Source: a virus
IMG/VR virus record: IMGVR_UViG_3300046501_000132
Span: 32,001 to 96,000 of that record
DNA: 64,000 nt
Direction: 5' to 3' (one strand)
Positions 23,695 to 32,735 of this stretch are shown one piece after another. The stretch's first letter is position 1. Every line of letters begins with the position of its first letter. The translations under genes were made by a program, and so were the position numbers. The notes beneath the pieces are model-generated. The model worked only from the letters and a program-made list of their open reading frames with translations, was not told the origin of the DNA and searched no databases.

Positions 23695-24018
23695 GAATTC
23701 CCAGCACGCCAGCCCAGAGCACACATCGGGGTCAATTCAATGATCACCCACTACACTATTATCTGGGATTTGAAGAATCTCTAAGACTTGATGATTTGAG
23801 TTTTGAAAATCTTAAACTTTAAACATCTGATCTTTCAACCTTCAGCTTTAACCTTTGAGCTTTGATGTCTGTTGCGGGCATCCTAGCCCGCAATATTGTC
23901 TTTTCGATAAGAATTCGAAATACAATGCACCTTAGCATGGTTTTGGCTCTCGCAGTTTTTACGTCCTAGCGAGAAGTGGACGCCGAAAGTTTTGACGCGT
24001 TCGACGTACCAGGAATTC
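23695..24018 (-). ncRNA. ~325-nt structured RNA with heptamer repeat array
   Basis: 17-bp closing stem with G:U pairs (24002-24018/23695-23711), H-type pseudoknot, hairpins, no ORF. Confidence 0.7.
23781..23866 (-). repeat. Imperfect ~7-nt tandem array (about 11 units, consensus approx. YAAAGYT)
   Basis: CAAAGCT CAAAGGT TAAAGCT GAAGGTT GAAAGAT CAGATGTT TAAAGTT TAAGATTTT CAAAACT CAAATCAT CAAGTCT. Confidence 0.75.
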
Positions 24019-24036
24019 AGATTACTACAAAACTAC

Positions 24037-24672
24037 TTAGTCGGCAATTTCGATCTCAGTGCGAGCATTCGACTCCGACAGAACAAAATCAACTTCCGTC
24101 ACGAAGTCCGAGAACTTCGTTTGTAGTTCCTTGATCTTGTCTGCAATCTTAACCGGATCCAGCAACTTCGCTTCCGACTCACCCTTAACCGCCTGAGCGA
24201 TCAGGTTGTATTGATCTTCGTTGACCTTGCCCTTGTCATTACCATAGGCGGCCATCACACGCTTTTCGATGTCAGCTTCAACACGAGTGTTTTGCTGGTT
24301 CACCGCATTCGTCGCCTGGTTGTAATGAGCAACCAGAGTGTTGATGAAGTGCTGGGTATAACCAATCGAACCCTTACGCTCGATAGCCTCAGCAACAGTC
24401 ATTTCCGTACCGCTGATGTTCACCTTGGTGGAACCGTTCGATACGATGATGGCTCGCTTAATGGCATCACGCCGAGCAATGAGAGCCTCAACTTGTTGGA
24501 ACGACGCTGTGATTGCCGATTCGATCTGTTCCTTGGTCACCGCCGAGTTCAGCGGGACTTCCTTCTTGCCGCGTACTGCAGCGACATACGTACCACCCAC
24601 GATAGCGGAGTTGATACGTGAATCCAGGGTCTTCAGTTCGGCCAGGCCGCGCGTTACCGTAATCTTTGTCAT
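24037..24672 (-). CDS. Conserved coiled-coil protein (DIP1984/DUF6847-like from memory)
   Basis: GLAELKTLDSRI, MTVAEAIERK, LLDPVK, EVDFVLSESNARTEIEI. Confidence 0.7.
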   Translation of the reverse strand: MTKITVTRGLAELKTLDSRINSAIVGGTYVAAVRGKKEVPLNSAVTKEQIESAITASFQQVEALIARRDAIKRAIIVSNGSTKVNISGTEMTVAEAIERKGSIGYTQHFINTLVAHYNQATNAVNQQNTRVEADIEKRVMAAYGNDKGKVNEDQYNLIAQAVKGESEAKLLDPVKIADKIKELQTKFSDFVTEVDFVLSESNARTEIEIAD

Positions 24673-24711
24673 ACTTTCCTTTCTCTCTTTTCGTAAAATT
24701 ACTTAGTCTGA

Positions 24712-25272
24712 TTATTTCCGGCGAGAAAATCCGCCGAAAGAAGAACTTTTGGAAGCTGAAGGCTTGTCCAACGACAGCTTCTTCGGGGTGGATGGTGCGA
24801 TCGGTGAAGGTGCTGCCGGAATAACCTTGGAAGCCGATACCGGAACAGACTTCATTTGTGTCGGAGCCGTGGCAACAACTGGTGCAGGTTTCGGCGTTTC
24901 CTTCACATACTGCTTGACGATCACAGTCTTGTTGACCACCGTCGGACGGTTGTAATACCGATCCTGACCATAACGACGATCATCATAGTAGCGCGGTTGG
25001 TTGTTGTTACTTGCCGATCCCAGGGCATAACCCAGGGCCGCACCAGCCAGGGCGCCGGTCATCGTATCGCCAGAATGGCTCTGGGCCGGGGCTTGATTGA
25101 TGATCACCGGAGCGGGTGTAGTAGCCACAGGGGCGGAAGCGACCTGGGTCTGAGCCTGAGCAGCTTGAGCTGCAAACACACCCGGAGGAACAGGGTTGGA
25201 TACCTGTTTATCCTCACCACAACCGGCCAGGAAAGCCAGCGATACCGCCACTACAAGCAGAGTCTTCTTCAT
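24712..25272 (-). CDS. Lipoprotein with glycine-zipper and Pro-rich linkers
   Basis: Signal peptide + LAGC lipobox; GALAGAALGYALG. Confidence 0.8.
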   Translation of the reverse strand: MKKTLLVVAVSLAFLAGCGEDKQVSNPVPPGVFAAQAAQAQTQVASAPVATTPAPVIINQAPAQSHSGDTMTGALAGAALGYALGSASNNNQPRYYDDRRYGQDRYYNRPTVVNKTVIVKQYVKETPKPAPVVATAPTQMKSVPVSASKVIPAAPSPIAPSTPKKLSLDKPSASKSSSFGGFSRRK

Positions 25273-25298
25273 TTTCTTACAAAGGTTGAGTTTTGAAA

Positions 25299-25529
25299 TT
25301 ACTTCTTAGTGTGTTCCACGATACCGATCAACACCGCCATACGTCCTTTAATGCCATGCAGATTCTTGATCGAGCCGGATTCAAACAACACACCATTACT
25401 ATAGAACGAGGCATCAACCATCTTGATAACATCCGCTGCGACAGATTCAATCAAACTCAGGACATCCAGACTAACATTAGTCGGAATATCTTTGTTCACA
25501 TTCAACATCACTTCTCCAAAAGCTATCAT
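25299..25529 (-). CDS. Hypothetical protein
   Basis: Co-oriented ORF filling operon gap. Confidence 0.55.
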   Translation of the reverse strand: MIAFGEVMLNVNKDIPTNVSLDVLSLIESVAADVIKMVDASFYSNGVLFESGSIKNLHGIKGRMAVLIGIVEHTKK

Positions 25530-25547
25530 ACATCATACATCATACCA

Positions 25548-26078
25548 TTAATTCGGTAGATTGAACTGTGCTGAAGCAATCAGCTTATTTAGACACACCA
25601 AGGTCTTGGGTGTGATGTAATGATCTGACGCAAATTCTTCAATGTCGAAGTCGATCATCCGTTCACGATCATACGAACGCTTGATGCGCATAATATATGC
25701 CAAATTCGGATTACTATCCGAAATGAACTTAACTTCGGACTGACTCCAATTAGGAATCCACTTACCGTAGTTGTCCTGATAGTATTCATCAGGCAATTCC
25801 TTCACCTTCTGAACATACCCACGAGCTTGCTTCAGGATTTCGAAGACGTCATCGCCAATAATCACTCCCTCTTTGGAGGCATCCAAGACCAGAGTTTGAT
25901 CAGACTGAGACATCCAGAACCAGAACTTGAATTCAAGAGAAGTCTGGTCAACTCGACTGATACCAAAGCTGCGACGCATTTCAATCCGAGGATTTTGTCC
26001 CTTGGCGTAAATCTTTGCCGCTTCGAAGGCCATCGTTCCGATGTATTCTCCGACCGATACTTTGAAATCTTCAAGCAC
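25548..26078 (-). CDS. Hypothetical protein
   Basis: 176-aa ORF, GGAG RBS, co-oriented. Confidence 0.7.
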   Translation of the reverse strand: MLEDFKVSVGEYIGTMAFEAAKIYAKGQNPRIEMRRSFGISRVDQTSLEFKFWFWMSQSDQTLVLDASKEGVIIGDDVFEILKQARGYVQKVKELPDEYYQDNYGKWIPNWSQSEVKFISDSNPNLAYIMRIKRSYDRERMIDFDIEEFASDHYITPKTLVCLNKLIASAQFNLPN

Positions 26079-26082
26079 GCTA

Positions 26083-26562
26083 TTACTCCCAGTTGACGTC
26101 TTGGGTCGACGCCATTGCTTCGATCTTCATCACGACAAACTTCTTCTGCTTGTCGATAGCAGCCAGGCGCGCCGCTTCAGCCTTTGCGCTATCCTTAGTC
26201 GGATGACGTGCCGGAGCAGACGACATCGAGAACATGCCACCAATCTTGGTAATCGAACCAACGATCCAATCACCAGTCTGAACAACACCACCAACGCTTG
26301 TCTTCATAGGACTATTCACTCTCACAGCGGCTTTTGCCCGCTCAACATTTACAATTCGCTTCAGCTCATCAACCGTGATGAACTTCGTTTTGCCGTTGTT
26401 ATACAACCTATAACCGATTCGGTATTGATCGTCAATATTGTGTTTCCGAATCTTACCAGCACGGGAGTAGTGATATGAAATCACCTCAATATCATCCAAA
26501 CTCTTACCAACGCTGATCTCATACTGAGGAAACCCGTAAATCGGGTACTTATCACTATCCAT
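26083..26562 (-). CDS. Hypothetical protein
   Basis: Start moved to ATG 26562 (AAGGA RBS) to avoid overlap with tRNA-Arg. Confidence 0.7.
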   Translation of the reverse strand: MDSDKYPIYGFPQYEISVGKSLDDIEVISYHYSRAGKIRKHNIDDQYRIGYRLYNNGKTKFITVDELKRIVNVERAKAAVRVNSPMKTSVGGVVQTGDWIVGSITKIGGMFSMSSAPARHPTKDSAKAEAARLAAIDKQKKFVVMKIEAMASTQDVNWE

Positions 26563-26574
26563 CAAATAATCCTT

Positions 26575-26650
26575 TGGCGCAACGAGAGGGATTCGAACCC
26601 CCGACAAACGGGGTAGAAGCCCGCTGCTCTATCCACTGAGCTACCGTCGC
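26575..26650 (-). tRNA. tRNA-Arg(UCU)
   Basis: GCGGG-CT-TCT-AC-CCCGT, GCCA. Confidence 0.92.
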
Positions 26651-26683
26651 ATTTCGATTCTTCTCTAACTCAGCATAACATCT

Positions 26684-26711
26684 ATTATACCGAGTCCTAT
26701 GTAAAAGTAAA
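26684..26711 (-). promoter_or_regulatory. Sigma70/early-type promoter upstream of tRNA-Arg
   Basis: TTTACT-N16-TATAAT. Confidence 0.65.
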
Positions 26712-26726
26712 GCGATGTACTATGAA

Positions 26727-26900
26727 TTATAATGTCGCTTCGAAATACAGATGATCAAAGTCCATCACTTGACCACAATCATCACGCACGGAAACAGTTG
26801 TATCGTCGGTGTGGATGATGATATATTGCCGACCACGAGTCAAATGCGGAGGATGATTAACTACGGGACTGACTTTGGTGCAACCTTCGAAAATCGCCAT
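26727..26900 (-). CDS. 57-aa hypothetical protein
   Basis: TGATG overlap with macro-domain gene; MAIFEGCTKV...YFEATL. Confidence 0.55.
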   Translation of the reverse strand: MAIFEGCTKVSPVVNHPPHLTRGRQYIIIHTDDTTVSVRDDCGQVMDFDHLYFEATL

Positions 26901-27364
26901 CACTCATACTCCACTAACGTTATTTGTATGCTTGGGCTAGCACTATTAATAATTCCTGCAATAGTTGCCCAATCGCCACGAGCAAGACCTGCACCGATTT
27001 TAGGAATTCCCAAAATGAAAGGTTCAGGACTAAATGTTCTAACATCTTCATTAATCTTTACGAAAGCACTTTTAATGGAATCGTAAAGACGCTTTCGATC
27101 TTCACGCCCAGGTCTGAATTGAGTGTAGGCGTTATAGATCCAACCGAAGTCGGTTTCACAAACTGAAAATTCTCCAAGCTTTCCGGCTTCGCCATAGGGA
27201 GACTTTTCATCCTCCCGAAGCGCCTCAGGAAACTCTTGTGCAATCGACGCTGCAACTCCAGCGCCCATCGTATGGAAGCAGTTACACCCGTGGGCAATCC
27301 CATGGAACTGTCCCTGCTTGAACATCGTGATCAGGTTTCCCTTGGTCGTCTTAACTATCGGCAT
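26900..27364 (-). CDS. Macro-domain (ADP-ribose processing) protein, T4 Tk.4-like
   Basis: HGCNCFHTMGAGVA, NAYTQF, IPKIGAGLARGDW. Confidence 0.9.
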   Translation of the reverse strand: MPIVKTTKGNLITMFKQGQFHGIAHGCNCFHTMGAGVAASIAQEFPEALREDEKSPYGEAGKLGEFSVCETDFGWIYNAYTQFRPGREDRKRLYDSIKSAFVKINEDVRTFSPEPFILGIPKIGAGLARGDWATIAGIINSASPSIQITLVEYE

Positions 27365-27415
27365 CTAAATCTCCATTACAGCTATTATACCGAAATACAT
27401 AGCTAATAGGAATGA

Positions 27416-28174
27416 TTAACAGAAGTCGAACACTGAAGATGTGGTGGACTTCTTCGCTTCATTCTTCGCTCGGAATTCTTTGATCTTATCGGCCAGCAAC
27501 TGCATATAATCTCTACGGTCACGCACGAATACCTGTGCATCCTTCGCATTCTCAACCGAGATAATGATTACCAACTTCTCTGCCTTCAGACCATATAGTT
27601 CCTCCAGCATAATGGAGTAACAGGTTGCCTGTAGGAAATAGTTTGTGATCCACTTCGCCAGCTTCTCTTTAGTCGCTGTCTTGAAGTCAATGATTGCCAG
27701 TTCGCCTTTATACTTCGCAATGCAGTCAACTCGCCCGGCTAACTGCATCACCTTAGACCACAACGGGAGTTCCAACGCGTGAATATCATCCACGTGCATT
27801 CTTAGAACCCGTTCGATCTGTCGGTACATAAATTTGTAATCACCAGCGTGTGCATCATCTGGGCGATTCTTCAATAGATATTCAAGTGCCAAGTGGACAC
27901 CAGTACCGCGATTCGCGCAACGCTCCGACTCAGCATTTGCCTTATCAACCCCACCCAACTTCTCAGCCCAACGTTCAAACCAATCGCTGTCTTCCTCGAA
28001 TGAGCCCAAGAAAGTGGTGACGGACGGATACCTACTTCCGTCCGGGGTTACATACAACCGTCCCGTTGGACTGTCGATGTTGTAACAATCGTACTCAGTC
28101 AAAAAACACTGCCGAAATGTCTTATCGGCAGTGTTTTTGCGTTGCTTTAGTATATCAAACGACGGCATTACCAC
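27416..28174 (-). CDS. PD-(D/E)XK exonuclease
   Basis: YPSVTT, RGTGVH, AGRVDCIA, IIDFKT, YFLQATCY. Confidence 0.88.
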   Translation of the reverse strand: MVMPSFDILKQRKNTADKTFRQCFLTEYDCYNIDSPTGRLYVTPDGSRYPSVTTFLGSFEEDSDWFERWAEKLGGVDKANAESERCANRGTGVHLALEYLLKNRPDDAHAGDYKFMYRQIERVLRMHVDDIHALELPLWSKVMQLAGRVDCIAKYKGELAIIDFKTATKEKLAKWITNYFLQATCYSIMLEELYGLKAEKLVIIISVENAKDAQVFVRDRRDYMQLLADKIKEFRAKNEAKKSTTSSVFDFC

Positions 28175-28718
28175 GTCGCTTTTGGATGATCTCCATCACT
28201 TCATCGAAGTGGAATGGCATCATATCCTTTTGCGGACGAGCATCAATTCCCACATCAACACGATTCTGGATAGTACGACACTCGTGGTGATCGTCCCCAT
28301 GAATGTGTCCATGCAGGTGAATCGTACCGCGATGCATTTGATCCCAACTTTCGATAGGATAGTGCATCATTACAATCCGGTGATCTCCTACCTTGATAGT
28401 TCCGTAGGTCTTGATCGAAGCAAAGTAGTAGGTCAGGCGACCTTCCATGATGTTTCGACCATCGTGATTGCCAGCCTTGAGGTGAATATCACCATTCAAC
28501 CGAGTTAGAACATTCTCAGTCTGAGTCGTGGTTCCGAAACTAAAATCGCCAAGGTGGTGAACCGTATCACCTGGCTTAATACGACTGTTCCAGTTTTCGA
28601 TCATCAGTTCCGTCATTTCAACCTCATCCTTCCCTTGGCGGGTGGTTGGGCAGAACTTCAGAATGTTCTTATGATAGAAGTGGGTATCACTAGTAAACCA
28701 AATATTAGGTTGACTCAT
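28155..28718 (-). CDS. Calcineurin-like metallophosphoesterase
   Basis: SDTHFYH, LGDF, GNHD, HYP, HGHIH. Confidence 0.9.
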   Translation of the reverse strand: MSQPNIWFTSDTHFYHKNILKFCPTTRQGKDEVEMTELMIENWNSRIKPGDTVHHLGDFSFGTTTQTENVLTRLNGDIHLKAGNHDGRNIMEGRLTYYFASIKTYGTIKVGDHRIVMMHYPIESWDQMHRGTIHLHGHIHGDDHHECRTIQNRVDVGIDARPQKDMMPFHFDEVMEIIQKRRGNAVV

Positions 28719-29637
28719 TCTCTTTTTCCAAATATGTTTTGATCTCACTGATCCTAGTCTGTTCATCCATCAGCAGGAACTTGTCCTTGATGGTGTATAG
28801 ATAATCAATCAGTGGATAGTATTCTTCTTCAAACTGTTGACGTGCAGTGTAGCGGTTGTCCGACAACACACCCTTCAATAGTTTAGTCTCCCCGGCACGA
28901 GCCAGGAACTTCGTCACCTTGTAATACGGCGACTTGATCTTGAGAGCCTTACCATCGCCATAGACCATATATCCTTCATGAGTGCACATCTGAGCCATCT
29001 TGACGATGTCAGAGAAACGCATATTATAGGTGGATTCTGGGCGCTTACAACCAAATACATTAGCTGCATGATCCAATACTGACTCAAAAGCTTCAGCGAT
29101 AAACCCATCTTCATGATAAGTGCATGCCCCGATCAACCAAGCCCCTAGTTCTTCCTCGATGATGTGAGGGTCGGTTTCATCACAGATCTCAAAGATGAAA
29201 GTACTGTTGGGGAAAGACTTGATCCAATTCTCATACTGAGCAACGTGCTTCTCGATCAGATCAACAAAATCGCTATCCAGACTTCCAGTGGTCGAATAGA
29301 TAATCTTGTCCGAGATTTCAGGACGATAGGTTGCGCAGCCCATGAAGCCATTGATCTTCCTAACAGCCAAACACAGCTCATCCCGGTCAATGATGGTTCC
29401 GTTCTCCATGTAATTAAACACCTTGGTGAAGGGCTTCACCACCACATTATAGTCCGCATCAACCACCAGACCGCGAGCATACTTGATCATATCATGCTCG
29501 TTCCACAACGCATCATAGAATACGTTTGCAGAATACTTCAGCACATACAACCCAGGCCAGCGTACCGACTCACGCCGTTTCACCAGCTTGGGATTTTCTT
29601 CAACGAACTTCTTCAGTTCAGTGGGGTTGATATGCAC
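28705..29637 (-). CDS. RNA ligase (Rnl1-like)
   Basis: KPFTKVFN, KINGFMG (motif I), FEI, EGYMV, LKIKSPYY. Confidence 0.85.
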   Translation of the reverse strand: MHINPTELKKFVEENPKLVKRRESVRWPGLYVLKYSANVFYDALWNEHDMIKYARGLVVDADYNVVVKPFTKVFNYMENGTIIDRDELCLAVRKINGFMGCATYRPEISDKIIYSTTGSLDSDFVDLIEKHVAQYENWIKSFPNSTFIFEICDETDPHIIEEELGAWLIGACTYHEDGFIAEAFESVLDHAANVFGCKRPESTYNMRFSDIVKMAQMCTHEGYMVYGDGKALKIKSPYYKVTKFLARAGETKLLKGVLSDNRYTARQQFEEEYYPLIDYLYTIKDKFLLMDEQTRISEIKTYLEKENEST

Positions 29638-30097
29638 GCAACTTCTCCATGAACGAGTCGTGAGACTCCATCTTATTATACATACGTTCCATCACTTCAG
29701 CAGGAACGTTGTGGATACTTCCGTAATTGACTTCCTTCAGAGTCGAATAAACAACGATGTTAGTCGTGCCCAGGCGCTTGGCGAAATCCACATAGGGCTT
29801 CGCATCTGCAAAAGTCAGGTTGGTATTAGCAACCACCACATCACGATCCTGAACCAAAAAGGCTTCAGCCGTTTGAAGACACCAACGATGAGCGCGAGAC
29901 AGATGCTCCATCTCAAAGTTATAGGTGCGCTCGGGGTTGCGATACCAATACATATCCGCTTCAATCAGCAGGGATTCATCTGCCTTGAAATCCCGAGCCA
30001 GCGTGGACTTGCCGGACCCAGGAAGTCCACGCACAATCACCAAGGTGTTTTTGACAACACGTGGCGCGCAAATACTCACTTCAAAACCGAGACTCAA
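29618..30097 (-). CDS. P-loop polynucleotide kinase-like protein
   Basis: VRGLPGSGKSTLA, VVVANTN, HNVP. Confidence 0.85.
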   Translation of the reverse strand: MSLGFEVSICAPRVVKNTLVIVRGLPGSGKSTLARDFKADESLLIEADMYWYRNPERTYNFEMEHLSRAHRWCLQTAEAFLVQDRDVVVANTNLTFADAKPYVDFAKRLGTTNIVVYSTLKEVNYGSIHNVPAEVMERMYNKMESHDSFMEKLRAYQPH

Positions 30098-30423
30098 AAT
30101 TTTACTTCCTTATAGATTTTGAAATCGTCCCGCAGTTCCTTCAGGATTTCCCTAATAGGAGTGTCGCAAGATTCATTCAGAGAAAACACACCCTGCGTAC
30201 AACGCCCATCAGAGGACTTGAACGCAAGCCATTTGTCTATTACCCCGCCGCTCAAACTTTCATGATGAAATTCTTCTACTCGCTTGGTAAGACGGTCATC
30301 ACGCCAGAATAGAACCAACCTTGGATCTTTATCCAGTTTGGCGTTTAGCCTGTCGATGAAAGCCTTGGCGGCTTCCCAACGGGCTAGTTCACGTTTAGTA
30401 TATGGCTTGTGCTCGTAGATCAT
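30094..30423 (-). CDS. Hypothetical protein
   Basis: ATG at 30423; stop overlaps the kinase start. Confidence 0.65.
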   Translation of the reverse strand: MIYEHKPYTKRELARWEAAKAFIDRLNAKLDKDPRLVLFWRDDRLTKRVEEFHHESLSGGVIDKWLAFKSSDGRCTQGVFSLNESCDTPIREILKELRDDFKIYKEVKF

Positions 30424-30424
30424 T

Positions 30425-30636
30425 TTATTGTTTAAATCGAGTACCGCATTGAGGGCATTCACAAATACGTCTAGACAACCTACCGGCACGACGAATGTGC
30501 AACGGCGTATCTCTTAGATAACTAAGGGCTTTATCGAAGTCGCCTCAAACTCAGTCAAAACTATCTTACAGTCCATTATACTTTCGTTGGTCTCCGCCCG
30601 TAGGCGGTAAACCATTTCAGCAGTAATTGCAGGCAT
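30425..30636 (-). pseudogene. EF-Ts N-terminal-domain-like small gene with a 1-nt frameshift near 30545
   Basis: MPAITAEMVYRLRAETNESIMDCKIVLTEF / GDFDKALSYLR...CECPQCG in two frames; fills the gap exactly. Confidence 0.7.
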
Positions 30637-31080
30637 TTATAGACCCAGCATCATCTTCCGATAGTCGATCGCATTCTTGATATCGAAACCGCGTTGACGG
30701 AGTTGACCCTTAGCATCCTCAAGGAACTTCACCGTGCGCTCGGTTTCCTTCACAATAGTTCGCATCTCAACCACAAGCGGGTCGATGTTCATATGGCTGG
30801 GAATATCGGTCTTCAGAATCGCCTCGGTTAGAGGCTCTTTCTTGTAGACTTCTGACGACTCTTTACCTGCGTAGTAACGCTGACGCTTGTGTTCGAGCTT
30901 GTGAAGCGCTGTGTATAATTCACCGAGCTTCCGAGACTTGAGGATGTAAATTCGGTTAATACTCGTGAAGATTTTCGAGTTTCGAAGGGCTTCCCCGTCA
31001 AGATCATCAGGGTTGATAGCCAGAAGGCGATCAACTTCGCCCTCAATTTCTTCATACGTTGCTTCCTTGTGGTCCATCAT
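30637..31080 (-). CDS. uvsY: Recombination mediator UvsY
   Basis: RYYAGK, RGFDIKNAIDYRKMMLG; near uvsW. Confidence 0.88.
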   Translation of the reverse strand: MMDHKEATYEEIEGEVDRLLAINPDDLDGEALRNSKIFTSINRIYILKSRKLGELYTALHKLEHKRQRYYAGKESSEVYKKEPLTEAILKTDIPSHMNIDPLVVEMRTIVKETERTVKFLEDAKGQLRQRGFDIKNAIDYRKMMLGL

Positions 31081-31963
31081 TTTCCTTCAGTTTCACCTGG
31101 GCGATGATACTCTTGATCTTCGCGTTCAGGTCTTGGTTATCGAGTTCATAGTGAGTCCGGTGATCACCCAGAATCCCGGTGTAGCGGCGATAGCTGACAT
31201 GTGGTAGGAAAGTTTGGATGATCAGGTCATCCAGTTCCTTCTCCAGCTTCTCGCGCTCAGTCGCACCCTTCTTGGCGAAAGACAGTACGTTGGTCTCACG
31301 CTCCGATTCCAGACGCGCCTTGACGAATTCTAGACCCTTGGTTGTCAGCTTCGCAACGTTCGATTCACGCACACCCCTGTTATCGCTGATAACCGGGCGA
31401 GTACCATAGCATTGTTCCTTGAACCACTTCTTCCAGAACAGAGCGTTGTTGCTGACATAGCGCCCGGCATAGCCTTGTGCTACCAGCCAATCCGAAAGAG
31501 CACCAGCTGTCATATTCAGAGTCTTGGCTGCTTCCTTGATGCCAAGTAGAGTCGGAAGCGCAGCCGGCACATCCATATTTCGGAATACGGGAACGGCAGT
31601 ATTTTGCTTTGCAGACTTCACTGATTTCTTACGCGGCGTGGTCTTCTTCGAATGGTGTGCTGTCGGCTGGGATTGAGCGAGAGCAAGTACTTGATCAGTG
31701 ACTTGCTTTGCCCAGTTAGCAAACGGGGTCACGTTGATGTTGGATGCGTCACGACCAATCTTACCAAGCGTCTTCGCGCTAAGATAGATACCATCGAACA
31801 GATTAACCTCACGGTTCTTGCCCTTGGTGTGGTGACGAAGCGAGGCGGTGCGCGAATAGCCAGTGGCCGGCACACAGTCGATCAGGTTGAAAAGCACTTG
31901 ACCATTTTCGTAGGCACCACGAATCGTATGGCCGTTGTAGGTACGTTGGAAACGATTGCTCAT
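31052..31963 (-). CDS. Antirepressor-like DNA-binding protein (Bro-N/ANT-like)
   Basis: N-terminal FNLIDCVPATGY; IKEAAKTL and KLTTKGLEFV motifs. Confidence 0.6.
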   Translation of the reverse strand: MSNRFQRTYNGHTIRGAYENGQVLFNLIDCVPATGYSRTASLRHHTKGKNREVNLFDGIYLSAKTLGKIGRDASNINVTPFANWAKQVTDQVLALAQSQPTAHHSKKTTPRKKSVKSAKQNTAVPVFRNMDVPAALPTLLGIKEAAKTLNMTAGALSDWLVAQGYAGRYVSNNALFWKKWFKEQCYGTRPVISDNRGVRESNVAKLTTKGLEFVKARLESERETNVLSFAKKGATEREKLEKELDDLIIQTFLPHVSYRRYTGILGDHRTHYELDNQDLNAKIKSIIAQVKLKENDGPQGSNV

Positions 31964-32071
31964 TTAGAAATTTCCATTCTATGTTAGGAAAGTCGTATTC
32001 TATCCTGTCTAATATGTAAAGTCTAATGATAGATATGAATAATGCCCCAGAGTTTCCCCTGAGGCTTGCTA

Positions 32072-32335
32072 TCAAAAGTTATTTACTTGTCTATCAAATT
32101 CATCATGAAATCTATTATAGTCTTCAACGCTTAATGGTAGCCATATTGGTCCTGTTAGATACTTCTCAGGATTGCGTTGGTACATAGATTTCAAATTATT
32201 CCCTGAAGGACACCAGTGTAGCTTGCCTCTACTATCCAATATGATATAGACACCCTGACCTTGCCCGCCTACATACTTTGGGTGATTATATGATTGTAGA
32301 ATATCCAGACTATCTCTAGGTATGAACTGACTCAT
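32072..32335 (-). CDS. Hypothetical protein
   Basis: AGGA RBS; 87 aa. Confidence 0.55.
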   Translation of the reverse strand: MSQFIPRDSLDILQSYNHPKYVGGQGQGVYIILDSRGKLHWCPSGNNLKSMYQRNPEKYLTGPIWLPLSVEDYNRFHDEFDRQVNNF

Positions 32336-32735
32336 TATTTCTTCCTACTATTCTTAATTCCCTTATTCCTCGGGAAGGTGAAATTCAGGATAAGATGGCC
32401 CAAGCCACTAGGGCTCAGATCCATAACGGAATCCTACCTAGCGGTTGAACCATTATCCCAGTGAACTCGTAAACGGAGCCAACACAGGCCGGAGGTTGGA
32501 CTGCTCCCCTCCAGTAGTCATATCCTCTTGCGCTGTCTAAACAGTTAAACAGTCGAACCCCCAGGATTACACCGGCCTAAAGCCTAGATTGCGGGGTGTG
32601 GCTAGTTCGATACACAGTAACCACGAACGAAATCAGCGTGCTGCCGTCTGCATACCGACCACGCTGATAGTAATACTTAGGTGCCGATTCTAACCTATTC
32701 GGCTATGGAAGTCTACCAGTCCTAAGTAACTTTAT

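Noticed and set aside
23781-23866. CRISPR array
   Set aside because: Units are ~7 nt, degenerate and have no spacers; no cas genes (the PD-(D/E)XK nuclease is a usual phage exonuclease).
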